Below, in pieces: positions 9,005-19,275 of a stretch of 36,196 bases of DNA (the first letter of the stretch is position 1; the number at the start of each line of letters is the position of its first letter). A program made the translations under genes and the position numbers. The notes under the pieces are model-generated. The model did not search any database. It worked only from the letters and a program-made list of their open reading frames with translations, and had not been told where the DNA came from. Source of the DNA: Coleofasciculus chthonoplastes F2-STO-03 (GTDB taxonomy: Bacteria > Cyanobacteriota > Cyanobacteriia > Cyanobacteriales > Coleofasciculaceae); the NCBI GenBank assembly GCA_040222015.1, contig JAVJWO010000215.1:1-36196 (forward strand), in the 5' to 3' direction.

Positions 9005-9277
9005 ATGCTACTTTTACCAAAACTACAAAACTTACCCAAGAGTTTTCCTGTTGAAGGAGCGGTTCGTATTGAATTGGTTGAAGGAATGCCTATTTTCCGC
9101 GCCTCTAGTACCGTTCAAGAACGGATTGAAACACTACTAGAGAAACAACAAACATTACCCCTCAATTCTGAAGAAGAACAAGAACTAGATTTGTATGAAG
9201 AAATTGATGACTATCTCAGTTTCATCAATCGGACTGTTCGCAATCTTTATTTAACCCGGAATCAATCCGATTTATAA
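9005..9277 (+). CDS. Small acidic helical protein, putative partner/antitoxin of the downstream HNH nuclease
   Basis: 90 aa, QERIETLLEKQQ...LNSEEEQELD pattern; 3 nt upstream of the HNH gene. Confidence 0.7.
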   Translation: MLLLPKLQNLPKSFPVEGAVRIELVEGMPIFRASSTVQERIETLLEKQQTLPLNSEEEQELDLYEEIDDYLSFINRTVRNLYLTRNQSDL

Positions 9278-9280
9278 AAA

Positions 9281-9733
9281 ATGCCTGCTCGTCGCCAAAT
9301 TCCTGAAACGATCCAAAACCAAGTTCGTCAGCGGGCTAATTTCTTATGCGAATACTGTCATGCTTCTGAACAATGGCAATATGTAGCCTTTACTATCGAG
9401 CATATCATTCCACTCGCGAAAAATGGAGCCGAGACTCTTGACAATTTGGCTTTAGCTTGTTTCCATTGTAACCGCAAGAAATCAGATCGAACCACAGCCA
9501 TCGATCCCCAGTTAGGTGCAGAAGTTTCTCTGTTTAACCCAAGACAAGATAATTGGAGTAATCATTTTATTTGGTCAGTTGATGGACTATTCATCATCGG
9601 TTTAACCCCAGTTGGACGGACTACGGTGACAGCATTAGCCCTAAATCGGGAAAGAGTTATTAATATTCGTGCGGCGGACAAAGCCGTAGGGCGACATCCA
9701 CCACCAGGCGATCCAATTCAGTCAGAAAATTGA
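9281..9733 (+). CDS. HNH endonuclease
   Basis: CEYC...IEHIIP...NLALACFHCN..K, LFNPR, GLTPVGR. Confidence 0.92.
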   Translation: MPARRQIPETIQNQVRQRANFLCEYCHASEQWQYVAFTIEHIIPLAKNGAETLDNLALACFHCNRKKSDRTTAIDPQLGAEVSLFNPRQDNWSNHFIWSVDGLFIIGLTPVGRTTVTALALNRERVINIRAADKAVGRHPPPGDPIQSEN

Positions 9734-9753
9734 TAGCACTTGCCCTCTGGAGC

Positions 9754-9894
9754 GATCGCTACCTTATCGTTTATATAGGTTGGGAGGATGAGAAACAAAT
9801 TTATGGTTGTCCAATTTACATTGATATTAAAGACGGAAAAATTTGGATTGAGCGAGACTTTACAGAAGCAGGGGTGGCTAACGAGTTAGTCGAA
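9754..9894 (+). pseudogene. xisI: XisI fragment
   Basis: DRYLIVYIGWEDEKQIYGCPIYIDIKDGKIWIERDFTEAGVANELVE is the XisI core; both termini are missing; bounded by a HIP1 site and an STRR-like tract. Confidence 0.8.
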
Positions 9895-9944
9895 CCACTA
9901 CTCTATTCCCTACTCCCTGTTCCCCATTCCCTTTTCTTAGTAAA

Positions 9945-10220
9945 ATGTTAGTGGTTGTCGTCTATGATATTCCTAAGGATAAAAGACGGACGAAGTTGTC
10001 CAATTTTCTAGAAGGATATGGGCGACGAGTTCAATTTTCTGTGTTTGAATGTTTTTTGAGTTTGGAGGAAATGCGCCAGCTTTATGAAAAGGTGAAAAAG
10101 TTAGTCAAGCCTGCGGAGGATGATGTGCGATTTTACTGGATATCTCAGGAAGCGGTGTCAAGGGTGTTAATTATTGGCGGGGAAGCGCCCCAACCGCCGC
10201 CAAAGTATTATGTTATCTAG
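9945..10220 (+). CDS. cas2: CRISPR-associated endonuclease Cas2
   Basis: YDIP..KRR.K, GRRVQFSVFEC, DDVRFY; 91 aa. Confidence 0.97.
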   Translation: MLVVVVYDIPKDKRRTKLSNFLEGYGRRVQFSVFECFLSLEEMRQLYEKVKKLVKPAEDDVRFYWISQEAVSRVLIIGGEAPQPPPKYYVI

Positions 10221-10439
10221 GTTTGGGGGAAATTAGGGGTGGTTTTTTAGGTGGTGAATCGACACCACTCGCCAAATCGCCGAAACCCTATATTTTTCGT
10301 TGAGTGGTGTCGATGCCTGACGGGGAAAGGATTTGAGGTATGTGTTTGGAGCAATTTTTGGCAGGATGCATTATAATTTCAGCAGTGGTGTCGATTTGGC
10401 GGCTGAAACCCTTACTGGGCAAGGGCTGCTAGACGAACT
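10221..10439 (+). promoter_or_regulatory. CRISPR leader 2 (most divergent copy)
   Basis: Same motif layout as leaders 1, 3 and 4. Confidence 0.85.
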
Positions 10440-11502
10440 CCCTACCGATTGGGTTAAATCGGATTAGTTGGAAACTAAGCGGAAAACCTCTTCAGCAATC
10501 TCTATCAATCGTTTCCCCTACCGATTGGGTTAAATCGGATTAGTTGGAAACCTCAGCAGAAACACCGGAGGAAACTACTTTTACAAACCCTACCGATTGG
10601 GTTAAATCGGATTAGTTGGAAACTTTTAGTAACTGAGCTTGGTTCACAAACTCGTGTTCACCCCTACCGATTGGGTTAAATCGGATTAGTTGGAAACGAG
10701 AAATTCCAGAAACTTACTTGCCTCCTCTGGAGACGCCCTACCGATTGGGTTAAATCGGATTAGTTGGAAACCCCACAGCTTGGACAAGGTTTCTTAGACA
10801 TTGCGACCTCTAACCCTACCGATTGGGTTAAATCGGATTAGTTGGAAACATAGTATAATGAAGCATCCCGGATTCGGATGATCCACCCTACCGATTGGGT
10901 TAAATCGGATTAGTTGGAAACGATCAGCTTTAATCCTGAGAGTGAGACAGAGACACCCTGCCCTACCGATTGGGTTAAATCGGATTAGTTGGAAACTTCC
11001 AGTGTTGTACTGCCGTAATTGACAGTATTATCCCCTACCGATTGGGTTAAATCGGATTAGTTGGAAACATCTCACCATTGATGCAAACAGATATCTGTTC
11101 GTCTACCCCTACCGATTGGGTTAAATCGGATTAGTTGGAAACTAGGTCTAATTCTTCAAAAAGTTCTTGTGCTGTTCCCTACCGATTGGGTTAAATCGGA
11201 TTAGTTGGAAACCCATGTTGTCCTTCCTAAACTAACTTGTGGTAGGTTACCCTACCGATTGGGTTAAATCGGATTAGTTGGAAACAATTTGAGCTGTTGC
11301 TGGATTTTCTTGACTACGAACCCTACCGATTGGGTTAAATCGGATTAGTTGGAAACTAAAAACTTACCTTACCGCCAGCCATTTTTTAACCCTACCGATT
11401 GGGTTAAATCGGATTAGTTGGAAACGGTCTCTAAGTTGTTGTCTAGCGACATTTTTTCATGCTCGTCCCTACCGATTGGGTTAAATCGGATTAGTTGGAA
11501 GG
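10440..11502 (+). CRISPR. CRISPR array 2: 15 repeats, 14 spacers
   Basis: All repeats are the GGGTTAAAT variant; terminal repeat ends GGAAGG. Confidence 0.98.
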
Positions 11503-11527
11503 GTGGGATTACCCACCCTTTTTCTTT
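11499..11527 (+). terminator. Intrinsic terminator after array 2
   Basis: AAGGGTGGG-ATTA-CCCACCCTT followed by TTTCTTT; the following trailer is nearly identical to that after array 1. Confidence 0.78.
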
Positions 11528-11629
11528 AGCCATGCCACATTCACCCAACCCAAATGACAAATAAAGAAAACCCCTTTTCCATCCTGGAGTTAAAAATAAG
11601 CCTAGGTAGCTTTTTAATTAGATGGCATA

Positions 11630-11842
11630 ATGTACCACGAATTCTTTTTAATCCAGCAATCCAACATGGAAAAAGTGATTGAAATTCTTCCTCACTATTC
11701 TGGGACGTATTTAGGAAATAGCTCTTGGCTTCCTAGCGTCAGGATATTAAAATTCCCCAGTAAAGAAGTCTCTGAACTCTTCGCCACAAAACTCCTTGAA
11801 CTGGGAATCATTAGTATTGGGCAATACAATGGCAAAATGTAG
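11630..11842 (+). CDS. Small hypothetical protein
   Basis: 70 aa ATG ORF in non-repeat sequence; no recognisable motif. Confidence 0.4.
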   Translation: MYHEFFLIQQSNMEKVIEILPHYSGTYLGNSSWLPSVRILKFPSKEVSELFATKLLELGIISIGQYNGKM

Positions 11843-12010
11843 TAGCGTGGCATGACCCAGCTAATTGGGTGCAATAGATTTAGTTTGTAGTGAGGGATGC
11901 GAGCCCTCTCCAGCTAGGCGAAGCGAGAACTAAAGTTCTCACGACAAACAAGGAAATTGTTCTATGGAAAAATTAGAGTATCGCGAATTAATCAAGAAAA
12001 TACTAGAAAC

Positions 12011-12163
12011 TATCGTGGCAAAGGTGGGTTTCGACTTCGCAAGGACCCACGATGGCGGCGTGGCATAGCTAATTTTGTGGATTAGAATTGTAGGGGCGCA
12101 CGCCCCGTGCGCCCGATTTAACCATAAATCTATTCCACAATTTTAGCTGTGTTAGTCCACTAC
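12011..12163 (+). repeat. 153-bp direct repeat copy 1 (REP-containing MITE-like unit); copy 2 at 13037-13189
   Basis: Near-identical sequence from TATCGTGGCAAAGGTGG to GTCCACTAC at both sites. Confidence 0.85.
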
Positions 12164-12238
12164 ACATAGAGGCTTTGCGTAAGTCCTCCTAACTTATATC
12201 ATGTCCGGACCCATCACCCAAACCCACTTATTCCCTTC

Positions 12239-12844
12239 TTAATGGGCTTGAGCCATCCAGACAAGATCACCAAGAATATTCTCAACTGGCGGCAAGGGAT
12301 AGACTGCCAAATCGATGAATAGAGTCATACCTTCCAGCTTGAGAAATTGCCACTGATTGCCATTGCTGATACTGCCGTAAATCGTCGAAATAGGTTGTCC
12401 TTGTCCCTCATTGAAACGTTGAGCCGCAACCATTTCGGCAATACACTGCCCAAAGCCCAATTTGAGGTCAGTCTTTTTAGCTTCCACAACAATCACCGCT
12501 GGTGCTTCAATCTCTAACACTTCTTTTGAACGAGTCAACAGGAAATCGCACAAGCCATTAAGACCGACCGACTCGTCAACATTAAATTCCTCACCGGAGA
12601 AAACACTCACTTGGCGATTAAGTGCTTTCCTGACATCGATTAATACTGGATAGATAATACCCTCCGAACGGGCTTTTTTACTACCAGAAGTAGCCACAAT
12701 CGGTAACGTTTCCTGTAAGTAATCCCAGAGAGTTGGCGAAGGAGCAACCGGAGAAGTTTCAGGCAAAAAGCGACTGCCTTCAATGACAGTCAGTTGGAAA
12801 GCCGCTTTAGCTTGAGCGATAGTTTTGAATTGACTATAGGGCAT
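12239..12844 (-). CDS. Cyanobacterial hypothetical protein with restriction-endonuclease-like PD-(D/E)XK motif
   Basis: MPYSQFKT...GLNGLCDFLL...VVEAKK...GQCIAEMVAAQ...SNGNQWQF; paralog of 22393-23013. Confidence 0.8.
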   Translation of the reverse strand: MPYSQFKTIAQAKAAFQLTVIEGSRFLPETSPVAPSPTLWDYLQETLPIVATSGSKKARSEGIIYPVLIDVRKALNRQVSVFSGEEFNVDESVGLNGLCDFLLTRSKEVLEIEAPAVIVVEAKKTDLKLGFGQCIAEMVAAQRFNEGQGQPISTIYGSISNGNQWQFLKLEGMTLFIDLAVYPLPPVENILGDLVWMAQAH

Positions 12845-12847
12845 ATA

Positions 12848-13036
12848 AGTAGGTGGACACAATTAAAGTTAACGGTTGAGATTAGGGAACACCTCGGCTT
12901 ACCTCGACTTACTTCGGCTTCGCTCAGTAACACGCTCGGTAACACGCTCGGTGTGTAACAGGGAACAGGAAACAGTAAGGGTTTGAGGACAATTTACAAA
13001 GCTTAATACAGTGCGGTTTTCTTTTGTCCGACTACT
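12848..13036. mobile_element. TA-flanked MITE (AGTAGGTGGAC...GTCCGACTACT)
   Basis: Terminal inverted repeats with TA at 12846-47 and 13037-38. Confidence 0.75.
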
Positions 13037-13456
13037 TATCGTGGCAAAGGTGGATTTCGACTTCGCAAGGACCCACGATGGCGGCGTGGTACAGCTAATT
13101 TTGTGGATTAGAATTGTAGGGGCGCACGCCCCGTGCGCCCGATTTAACCATAAATCTATCCCACCATTTTAGCTGTGTCAGTCCACTACTGGCGTGGCAC
13201 ACCTTATTTGATGAATTAAGCATTAGCCGCGAAACCGTAGGGGCGCAAAGACTTGCGCCCGATTCAATGGTAAAATCTATTCCACAATTTTAGCTGTGTC
13301 ACGCCACTATAACCTGCAAACGGCTACTAGCTAAAGAAATGGTGCGTTACGCTGTCGCTAACGCACCCTACATCCTAACTCTAGGCTGTTCCCTGTTCCC
13401 TAATCTCAACCGTTCACGTTAATTGTGTCCACCTACTTAGCTTTCCTGAAAAACTC

Positions 13457-14608
13457 ATGAACCACTCAAAAAAATCACCCCAAATGTCTCTGCACATCCC
13501 ACCCAAAATGTGGCATCAATTTTACCGCGCTATGCTCGATGCTCGCACTACGAATGAGGAAGTGATTGGCTTCTCTTTCTGCAAACGTCATCAGGTATCC
13601 AAACACCAAATTAGATATCTGCCTCAAGCTTGGGTCGTTCCCTCTGCCGATTGTTACGAACGCTAATCAGCCAGTGGATTAGTGATTAAACAAGACTTTC
13701 ACTACTACTTAATTGAGACGTTTCTGGCAAAAGAAAAACTCGATGTAGTCCATATTCATACCCATGCGGAATCAGGCAAACCCGAATTTTCTAGCGTGGA
13801 TGACCATTATGAATCAGACTAAGTAGGTTGGTGGAAATAAACTCAACCTTATGAAGTTATGTTAATAAGCCTCAAACCCTGACAAATGACGAATGACAAA
13901 TGACGAATGACGATCCCCACCGTTAACTTTAATTGTCCCCACCTACTTATGCTCGGTTTCTTTCATCTCACTTCCCCAAAAAGCCGCGTTTAATCTCTGG
14001 AGTGTTTGACGAAACCTTCCAACAATCTCAATTCCGCATCTGGGATAGAAAAGGACAGTCATTTGAGCCGATTAACTGTTCTCAATCCTGGTTTGAACTC
14101 ACCCCAGATGTTAATATTCCCAATCAGACAGACTTAATGTTTGCCCGTCAACAGGTCTTTGGTGAACAGGTGCAAAACCAACTGGGTGAACTCACCGTTG
14201 CTTTAATCGGCTGTGGGGGTATTGGCGCAATTTTTGCCGAACTGCTGGGGCGGTTAGGGGTGAAAAAATGGGTATTAATTGACCACCGTGCCGCCGATTG
14301 GGGGTGGGTGGTGTTTGATGTGTGGCAATATCATTAACTTGCATCGTGCGGCTTTAGAGTCTGCTGCTGACGAGATTCATCATCTGGCTAATCGAGTCGG
14401 GTATGTCGAAGGCATCAGTGATCCAGCGGTATTTTGGTTAAATAGCCTGTGTGCGAGTACGGGAGTTGGGGTTATCCATGGGCTTGTCAGTGGGTTTGTG
14501 GATGCCGATAATGGACTTGACTGGATTTATGAATTTCCTGGGTCGAATTGGCATAAGACGAATCCTGAGTATTTGGGGAGTTGTGGTTGTTATTTTTGCG
14601 GGGGGTAA
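13457..14608 (+). pseudogene. Disrupted JAB(MPN+) peptidase - ThiF/E1 adenylyltransferase fusion
   Basis: Reading through TAA 13664-66 and removing the MITE gives E(EVIG)...HIHTH-x7-FSSVD (JAB) then FARQQVFG...LIGCGGIG...VLID (E1); after a frameshifting deletion near 14285 come WCLMC and a terminal CYFC. Confidence 0.85.
13822..13947. mobile_element. MITE with TA target duplication interrupting the JAB-E1 gene
   Basis: GAC-TA[AGTAGG...CCTACT]TA-TGCT; excision restores GAC TAT GCT (D-Y-A) in frame. Confidence 0.88.
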
Positions 14609-14837
14609 GTTTTTGGAAAAAGGGTCTTCCAGCTACCTGTATACTGTTGGCATCAGCAATCAAAACGTGCAAACGGTAATGTTGCACCTCCCACTTAAAA
14701 CGTTTGTAGTCAGCGCTTTAGCGCTTATGGCACGCTTCGTGCCTACTACGAACCTAACTTAAGGTTGGTGGGCATTGCCCACCCTACGATACTAATCTCA
14801 ACCGTTAAATGAAAGTCCACCTACAGAGGACTGGCTT

Positions 14838-16583
14838 ATGCACACAAACTGTTACACTTTGATTACTTTTGCTCCCGTGCAGGGTTTCATTGAGAAATCG
14901 CTCAAACTGCGGGATTTGTACGGCAGTTCTTTTATCCTTTCTTATTTAGCTTGTGCAATTTGTTATGCGGCTGAAAAACAGGATAACTGTCAAGTTGTCT
15001 CTCCAGCCTTAATCAATGTGACTCAAGGCACTCCCAACCAAATTATTATTGCCGGAAATTTTCCCGAAAATATAGCGGAAGCGGCTTTTAATCAGGCTTG
15101 GAAAACAGTTGTAGAAACCTGTCGTCAATATATCGAGCAAACCTTAAACACCTTTACTTATACCTGGCAACGGGAATGGAATGCTTGGTCAAATCATGCC
15201 TGGGAGTTTTTTTGGACGCAAAGTACAGCGGAAGAATTAAGTCAGATTCAAGCCAAAGCAGAGGAAGAATTGAGGCAAGCCAAAGAAACTGGAATTACGC
15301 CAGAAAAGGTTACCCTAATCACTCATGCTCGCCGTAAACTGAATCAAATTAAAACTCAACGAAATTGGACAGCCATTAACTGGCAAGGAGAAAGTTCAAC
15401 GCTATCGGGGACGGGAGCGATCGCCTACCCTCGGATGACCGATGAAACCCATCCCCTTTACTCTAGCATGGCTAAACAAACCCAGGATATTAATCAATTT
15501 TACCACCAACTGAGCCAGAAATTAGGAGAATCCATTCTCGCTCCTTCCGAACGCTTAAGTATTCCGGAACTGATTAAACGCTTAATCACCTTAGATGCCA
15601 TTGCTAATCAATTTATTTCCGAAAAAGATCTGCCGAGTATTGAAATCCCCCAAAGCTTTGTTGACTTAAACCGATTTGACCATAAATTATGGGCAGGATA
15701 CTTTCAAGGAGACGGGGATAAAATTGGTGAGTATCTGCGCCGGTTAAAAGAAAAAGGGGAAGATGAAGCCAACTCTCTCCACACCTTTAGCCAAGGGATG
15801 ATGGAATGGGGAAAAAACCTCAAGTATCATTTACCCCCGACTCAAGCAGAGCGAGTCAAACGGCGGAATTTAGATGCTGATGGACGGATTATTTATGCTG
15901 GAGGAGATGATTTTCTCGGTGTCCTCTACCGAAGTCCCGATCAAAATCAACCGAAATTAACACCTCAAGACTGCCTCAATTGGTTCTATCAATTCCCCCA
16001 AATTTGGCAACAACATAAACACCCGATTACCGTGAGTGTCGGCTTAGTTTGGGCAGCCCCTGGCGTCCCCCAACGAGATGTGCTACAACACTGTCGAGAA
16101 GCGGAAAAATCAGCCAAAAGTAAGGGACGCGATCGCCTCGCTATTCGGATTCTATTTAATAGTGGCAATTTCCTGGAATGGGTTTGTCCTTGGTGGTGTT
16201 TGCAACAATTTCTAGAAAGCTATCAAGACAGAGAAGGAGATACCTTAGTTTCGCTGAAACAAAAGCCAAAAGGGAATAAGAAAACCCCCAACTGGACTCA
16301 TTTTTATAATGATGTTGCCCAGCTAGAATCGCGCCATGCTTTTCAGGGGCAAACTCAAATTGCCTTGGGCTTGTTTGAGCTTTACTTCAACTGCCAAAAT
16401 CGCCAATGTTTAGAAACTCATCTGTGGGATACCTCGGATACCGATAATCAACCGAGAACGGGGATTTTAGGGAATCAACCCGATGCCCAAGAAAAACAAA
16501 ACATCAAGGCATTAAACAACTGGGTGATTAACTTGGCTAAAGTTGGCTTTCATTTGTCCTCCTCAGGAACCGAGACTTCTTAA
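14838..16583 (+). CDS. cas10: Cas10/Cmr2, lacking the HD domain, GGDD palm intact
   Basis: Starts at FAPVQGFIEKS.KLRDL; GDGDKIG; IIYAGGDDFLG; EAEKSAKSKGRD. Confidence 0.95.
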   Translation: MHTNCYTLITFAPVQGFIEKSLKLRDLYGSSFILSYLACAICYAAEKQDNCQVVSPALINVTQGTPNQIIIAGNFPENIAEAAFNQAWKTVVETCRQYIEQTLNTFTYTWQREWNAWSNHAWEFFWTQSTAEELSQIQAKAEEELRQAKETGITPEKVTLITHARRKLNQIKTQRNWTAINWQGESSTLSGTGAIAYPRMTDETHPLYSSMAKQTQDINQFYHQLSQKLGESILAPSERLSIPELIKRLITLDAIANQFISEKDLPSIEIPQSFVDLNRFDHKLWAGYFQGDGDKIGEYLRRLKEKGEDEANSLHTFSQGMMEWGKNLKYHLPPTQAERVKRRNLDADGRIIYAGGDDFLGVLYRSPDQNQPKLTPQDCLNWFYQFPQIWQQHKHPITVSVGLVWAAPGVPQRDVLQHCREAEKSAKSKGRDRLAIRILFNSGNFLEWVCPWWCLQQFLESYQDREGDTLVSLKQKPKGNKKTPNWTHFYNDVAQLESRHAFQGQTQIALGLFELYFNCQNRQCLETHLWDTSDTDNQPRTGILGNQPDAQEKQNIKALNNWVINLAKVGFHLSSSGTETS

Positions 16584-16597
16584 CCCTACCAACTTAG

Positions 16598-17650
16598 ATG
16601 ATGATGTTTAGTCACTTAATTATTATCCAACCCCTTGGTTTTCTCTATGGCAGTGCAGGTCCCTTTCTTTCCCCCGATAACCTAGTGGGGCGTTCTGGAA
16701 ATAGCTTTCCGCCTAGTGCCGCAACAGTATCGGGATTATATGCGGCTAAATATAGTCAACCGGGAATCAATAAAAGAGGGGAAACAACCCAACGATTAGA
16801 CTTACCCGATTTAACCCTAGCTGGACCCTTTTGGGCGGATACTGAGAATCCCCAAAACTTCTATGTTCCCACTCCCTTTAATTATTTAGCTGAAATGAAT
16901 CCCCTGCAAGAAGAGGAAAAAATTCGTCAAGGGGAAATCATCGAAAAATTAACCTGGAACAGCGAAACCCAACAATGGCACCCCCTCAAACCCGGTAAAT
17001 TTGAGACGAAAACGTGGCTACCGATTAACGAATGGGAAAAAGCGGAAACCGTTTCTGAAGCGCCTTGGCAATATTTACCTCATTTACACCCACGTTTAGA
17101 AACCGAACAACGTCGAGTTGATGCTAGTTCGGAACAGGGAAGTTTGTTTTTGGAGAATTCAATTCAAATGCATCCCGATACCTGTTTAGTGTATTTAACC
17201 AATACTCCCATTGATGAAGGGTGGTATCGGTTTGGGGGTGAAGGACATTTAGTCGAGGTAAACTGTCAGCCAATTACCGATAAACCCCTGTTAGAGTTAT
17301 TGGCAAAACCTGTGGGAAATAATTTTGCCCTAATTACGCCTGCGGTGTGGGGTTCCAATCGCTTTTCTTACCGATTTCCCACTATTCAGCAAGAAGGGGA
17401 CTGGATAACAGCACCGGAATGGGAAAATGCCCAAATTTTCACCGAACGTCCTCGCCCTTTTCGCTATCGCTTAGGGGGAACAGGTGACACTAAACGCCTC
17501 GCTAGGGGACGTTATGCGGTGCCGGCGGGAACGGTTTATGTGTTGGCAAAAGAGATTCCCCACCCTTGGTTTAATTGGGATAAATCTTGGTTTCCTGATG
17601 AGGCTTATTCCTATAAACGTTGGGGATGTGGATTAGCGTTACCTATGTAA
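16598..17650 (+). CDS. cmr3: Cmr3 (Cas5-group RAMP)
   Basis: FPPSAATVSG, LAGPF, RFGGEGH, LITPAVW, YAVPAGTVY, terminal WGCG. Confidence 0.9.
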   Translation: MMMFSHLIIIQPLGFLYGSAGPFLSPDNLVGRSGNSFPPSAATVSGLYAAKYSQPGINKRGETTQRLDLPDLTLAGPFWADTENPQNFYVPTPFNYLAEMNPLQEEEKIRQGEIIEKLTWNSETQQWHPLKPGKFETKTWLPINEWEKAETVSEAPWQYLPHLHPRLETEQRRVDASSEQGSLFLENSIQMHPDTCLVYLTNTPIDEGWYRFGGEGHLVEVNCQPITDKPLLELLAKPVGNNFALITPAVWGSNRFSYRFPTIQQEGDWITAPEWENAQIFTERPRPFRYRLGGTGDTKRLARGRYAVPAGTVYVLAKEIPHPWFNWDKSWFPDEAYSYKRWGCGLALPM

Positions 17651-17684
17651 TAGTTTTGGATTCAAATCTTTTGGAGAATTAACC

Positions 17685-18581
17685 ATGTACAAGAAAGCTT
17701 ACGGCATTATAGAAACCCAAGCCCCCCTTCATGTGGGAGCAAGTGCAGGGGAAGAAACGGGGAATTTGAACTTAATTTTTCGCGATCAATTCACTCAAAC
17801 TGGGATAATTCCAGGCAGTTCAATTCGGGGACGATTTCGGGCAGATATGCGGAATCCTTCGACAGAGAACGGCACCGAATCCCGCCAGGGTGATGTGGCA
17901 ATTTGGTATGGTCATGAAGCTGTTCCTGACCAAAAAGATGGCGGTACAACTGAAGCCTTAGTCAAGTTTGAATATGCCACTTTAGTTTGGTTACCTGTAT
18001 TTTGTCCCGGACAACCGATTGTCTGGGTTAGCTGCCCATCCCTGCTGAAACGCTATAAAAAAATTGCTGAAATTAACGCCAAAGTTCCCGAACCTTACAC
18101 GGCTGATCCAGAGTTAAAAGCCCGTGTTGTCCCCGGAACGACGGAAAAAGTGTTATTCTTTAACCTGGGTTTTTTAGGCATTGAACACCAGGAAAGTTTA
18201 GCGGATTGGATACCTGTGGGAGCAGATTTGCAGGTCAAGCAATTGGTTGTAGTTGATGACAATGATATCGCCCTATTGCATGACATGGCACTGTATCGAC
18301 AAAGCCGGATTAAGATGCTAGATGACATGAAGAAAGTCGATACTAAAACGGGGGCATTTTTTAATGTGGAAGCTTTACCCGTGGGCAGTATTTTAGTGTT
18401 TCCGGTGGCATTAAAACAACTAGGCTGGAAACCCTTTGGCGAACCCAAACCGAATCAGCCTTATTCCCAAGAACTGTATTTTGGTGGGTTGGAATCGATT
18501 GGATTTGGTCGCTGTAATGTGACTCTAGCAGGGGAAGCGTTTTCCCAGCAGAAAACTGAGACTGAAAAACAGGAGGTTTAA
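17685..18581 (+). CDS. cmr4: Cmr4 (Cas7-group RAMP)
   Basis: PLHVGA, IPGSSIRGRFR, VEALPVGS, FGGLESIGFG. Confidence 0.93.
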   Translation: MYKKAYGIIETQAPLHVGASAGEETGNLNLIFRDQFTQTGIIPGSSIRGRFRADMRNPSTENGTESRQGDVAIWYGHEAVPDQKDGGTTEALVKFEYATLVWLPVFCPGQPIVWVSCPSLLKRYKKIAEINAKVPEPYTADPELKARVVPGTTEKVLFFNLGFLGIEHQESLADWIPVGADLQVKQLVVVDDNDIALLHDMALYRQSRIKMLDDMKKVDTKTGAFFNVEALPVGSILVFPVALKQLGWKPFGEPKPNQPYSQELYFGGLESIGFGRCNVTLAGEAFSQQKTETEKQEV

Positions 18582-18585
18582 GCCA

Positions 18586-19062
18586 ATGGCTTGGAAATAC
18601 TATAGTTTAGTAGAAAATGGGCGGGAGTTTCACAGTTTAGACCAAATTGCCCAAACATTGGTGTTAGATGCCAGACAACGCGATCGCAAATCCTTAAATC
18701 AATCTTTTAAGATGCGGGAAGCGGTAGCCTATGGGTTAGAACGATTTTGGGGGGAACATTTGCGCTTGCAGGGAAGATCGAAGAGAAACGGTGACGAATT
18801 TGACTGTAAAGGTCAATATTGGAAAGCAACCTGGAATGCTTTAGTTCGGATTATGCAACCAGGAGGGATAGAAATTCCCAATGATGCGGTTGATTTGAGA
18901 CATCCTAACACAGTGAAAGCGATGGCGGGGAAATTATGGTCAATTACTGTCGAAGATCAGCGAATTATCTTAGCTGTACTGACTCAATTATGCGACGCGA
19001 TCGTCTGGTGGACACAGCGGTATAAAGGACCCGGTGATTTGCCTAGTGATGAAGAGAATTAA
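18586..19062 (+). CDS. cmr5: Probable Cmr5 small subunit
   Basis: 158 aa helical protein between cmr4 and cmr6 (AYGLERFW, C-terminal WWTQR); positional call. Confidence 0.7.
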   Translation: MAWKYYSLVENGREFHSLDQIAQTLVLDARQRDRKSLNQSFKMREAVAYGLERFWGEHLRLQGRSKRNGDEFDCKGQYWKATWNALVRIMQPGGIEIPNDAVDLRHPNTVKAMAGKLWSITVEDQRIILAVLTQLCDAIVWWTQRYKGPGDLPSDEEN

Positions 19063-19275
19063 GTCATTCGTCATTGGTCATTGGTCATTCGTCATTCGTT
19101 ATTTAGTCGGGGCGGGTTTAGTCATATCCAGGTGAAAGCGAAACGTTAAAAGTAAAACCCGCCCCTACCAAAGACGTTCCATCTCCCCCATTCCCCGTTC
19201 CCCGTTCCCCGTTCCCTGTTCCCTAATCTCAACTGTTCCCCATTCCCTTTAACCATTTTTTAAGGAGAATTCAAC

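Noticed and set aside
11630..11842. 70-aa ORF as the missing ubiquitin-like partner of JAB-E1
   Set aside because: No C-terminal glycine and no recognisable beta-grasp pattern.
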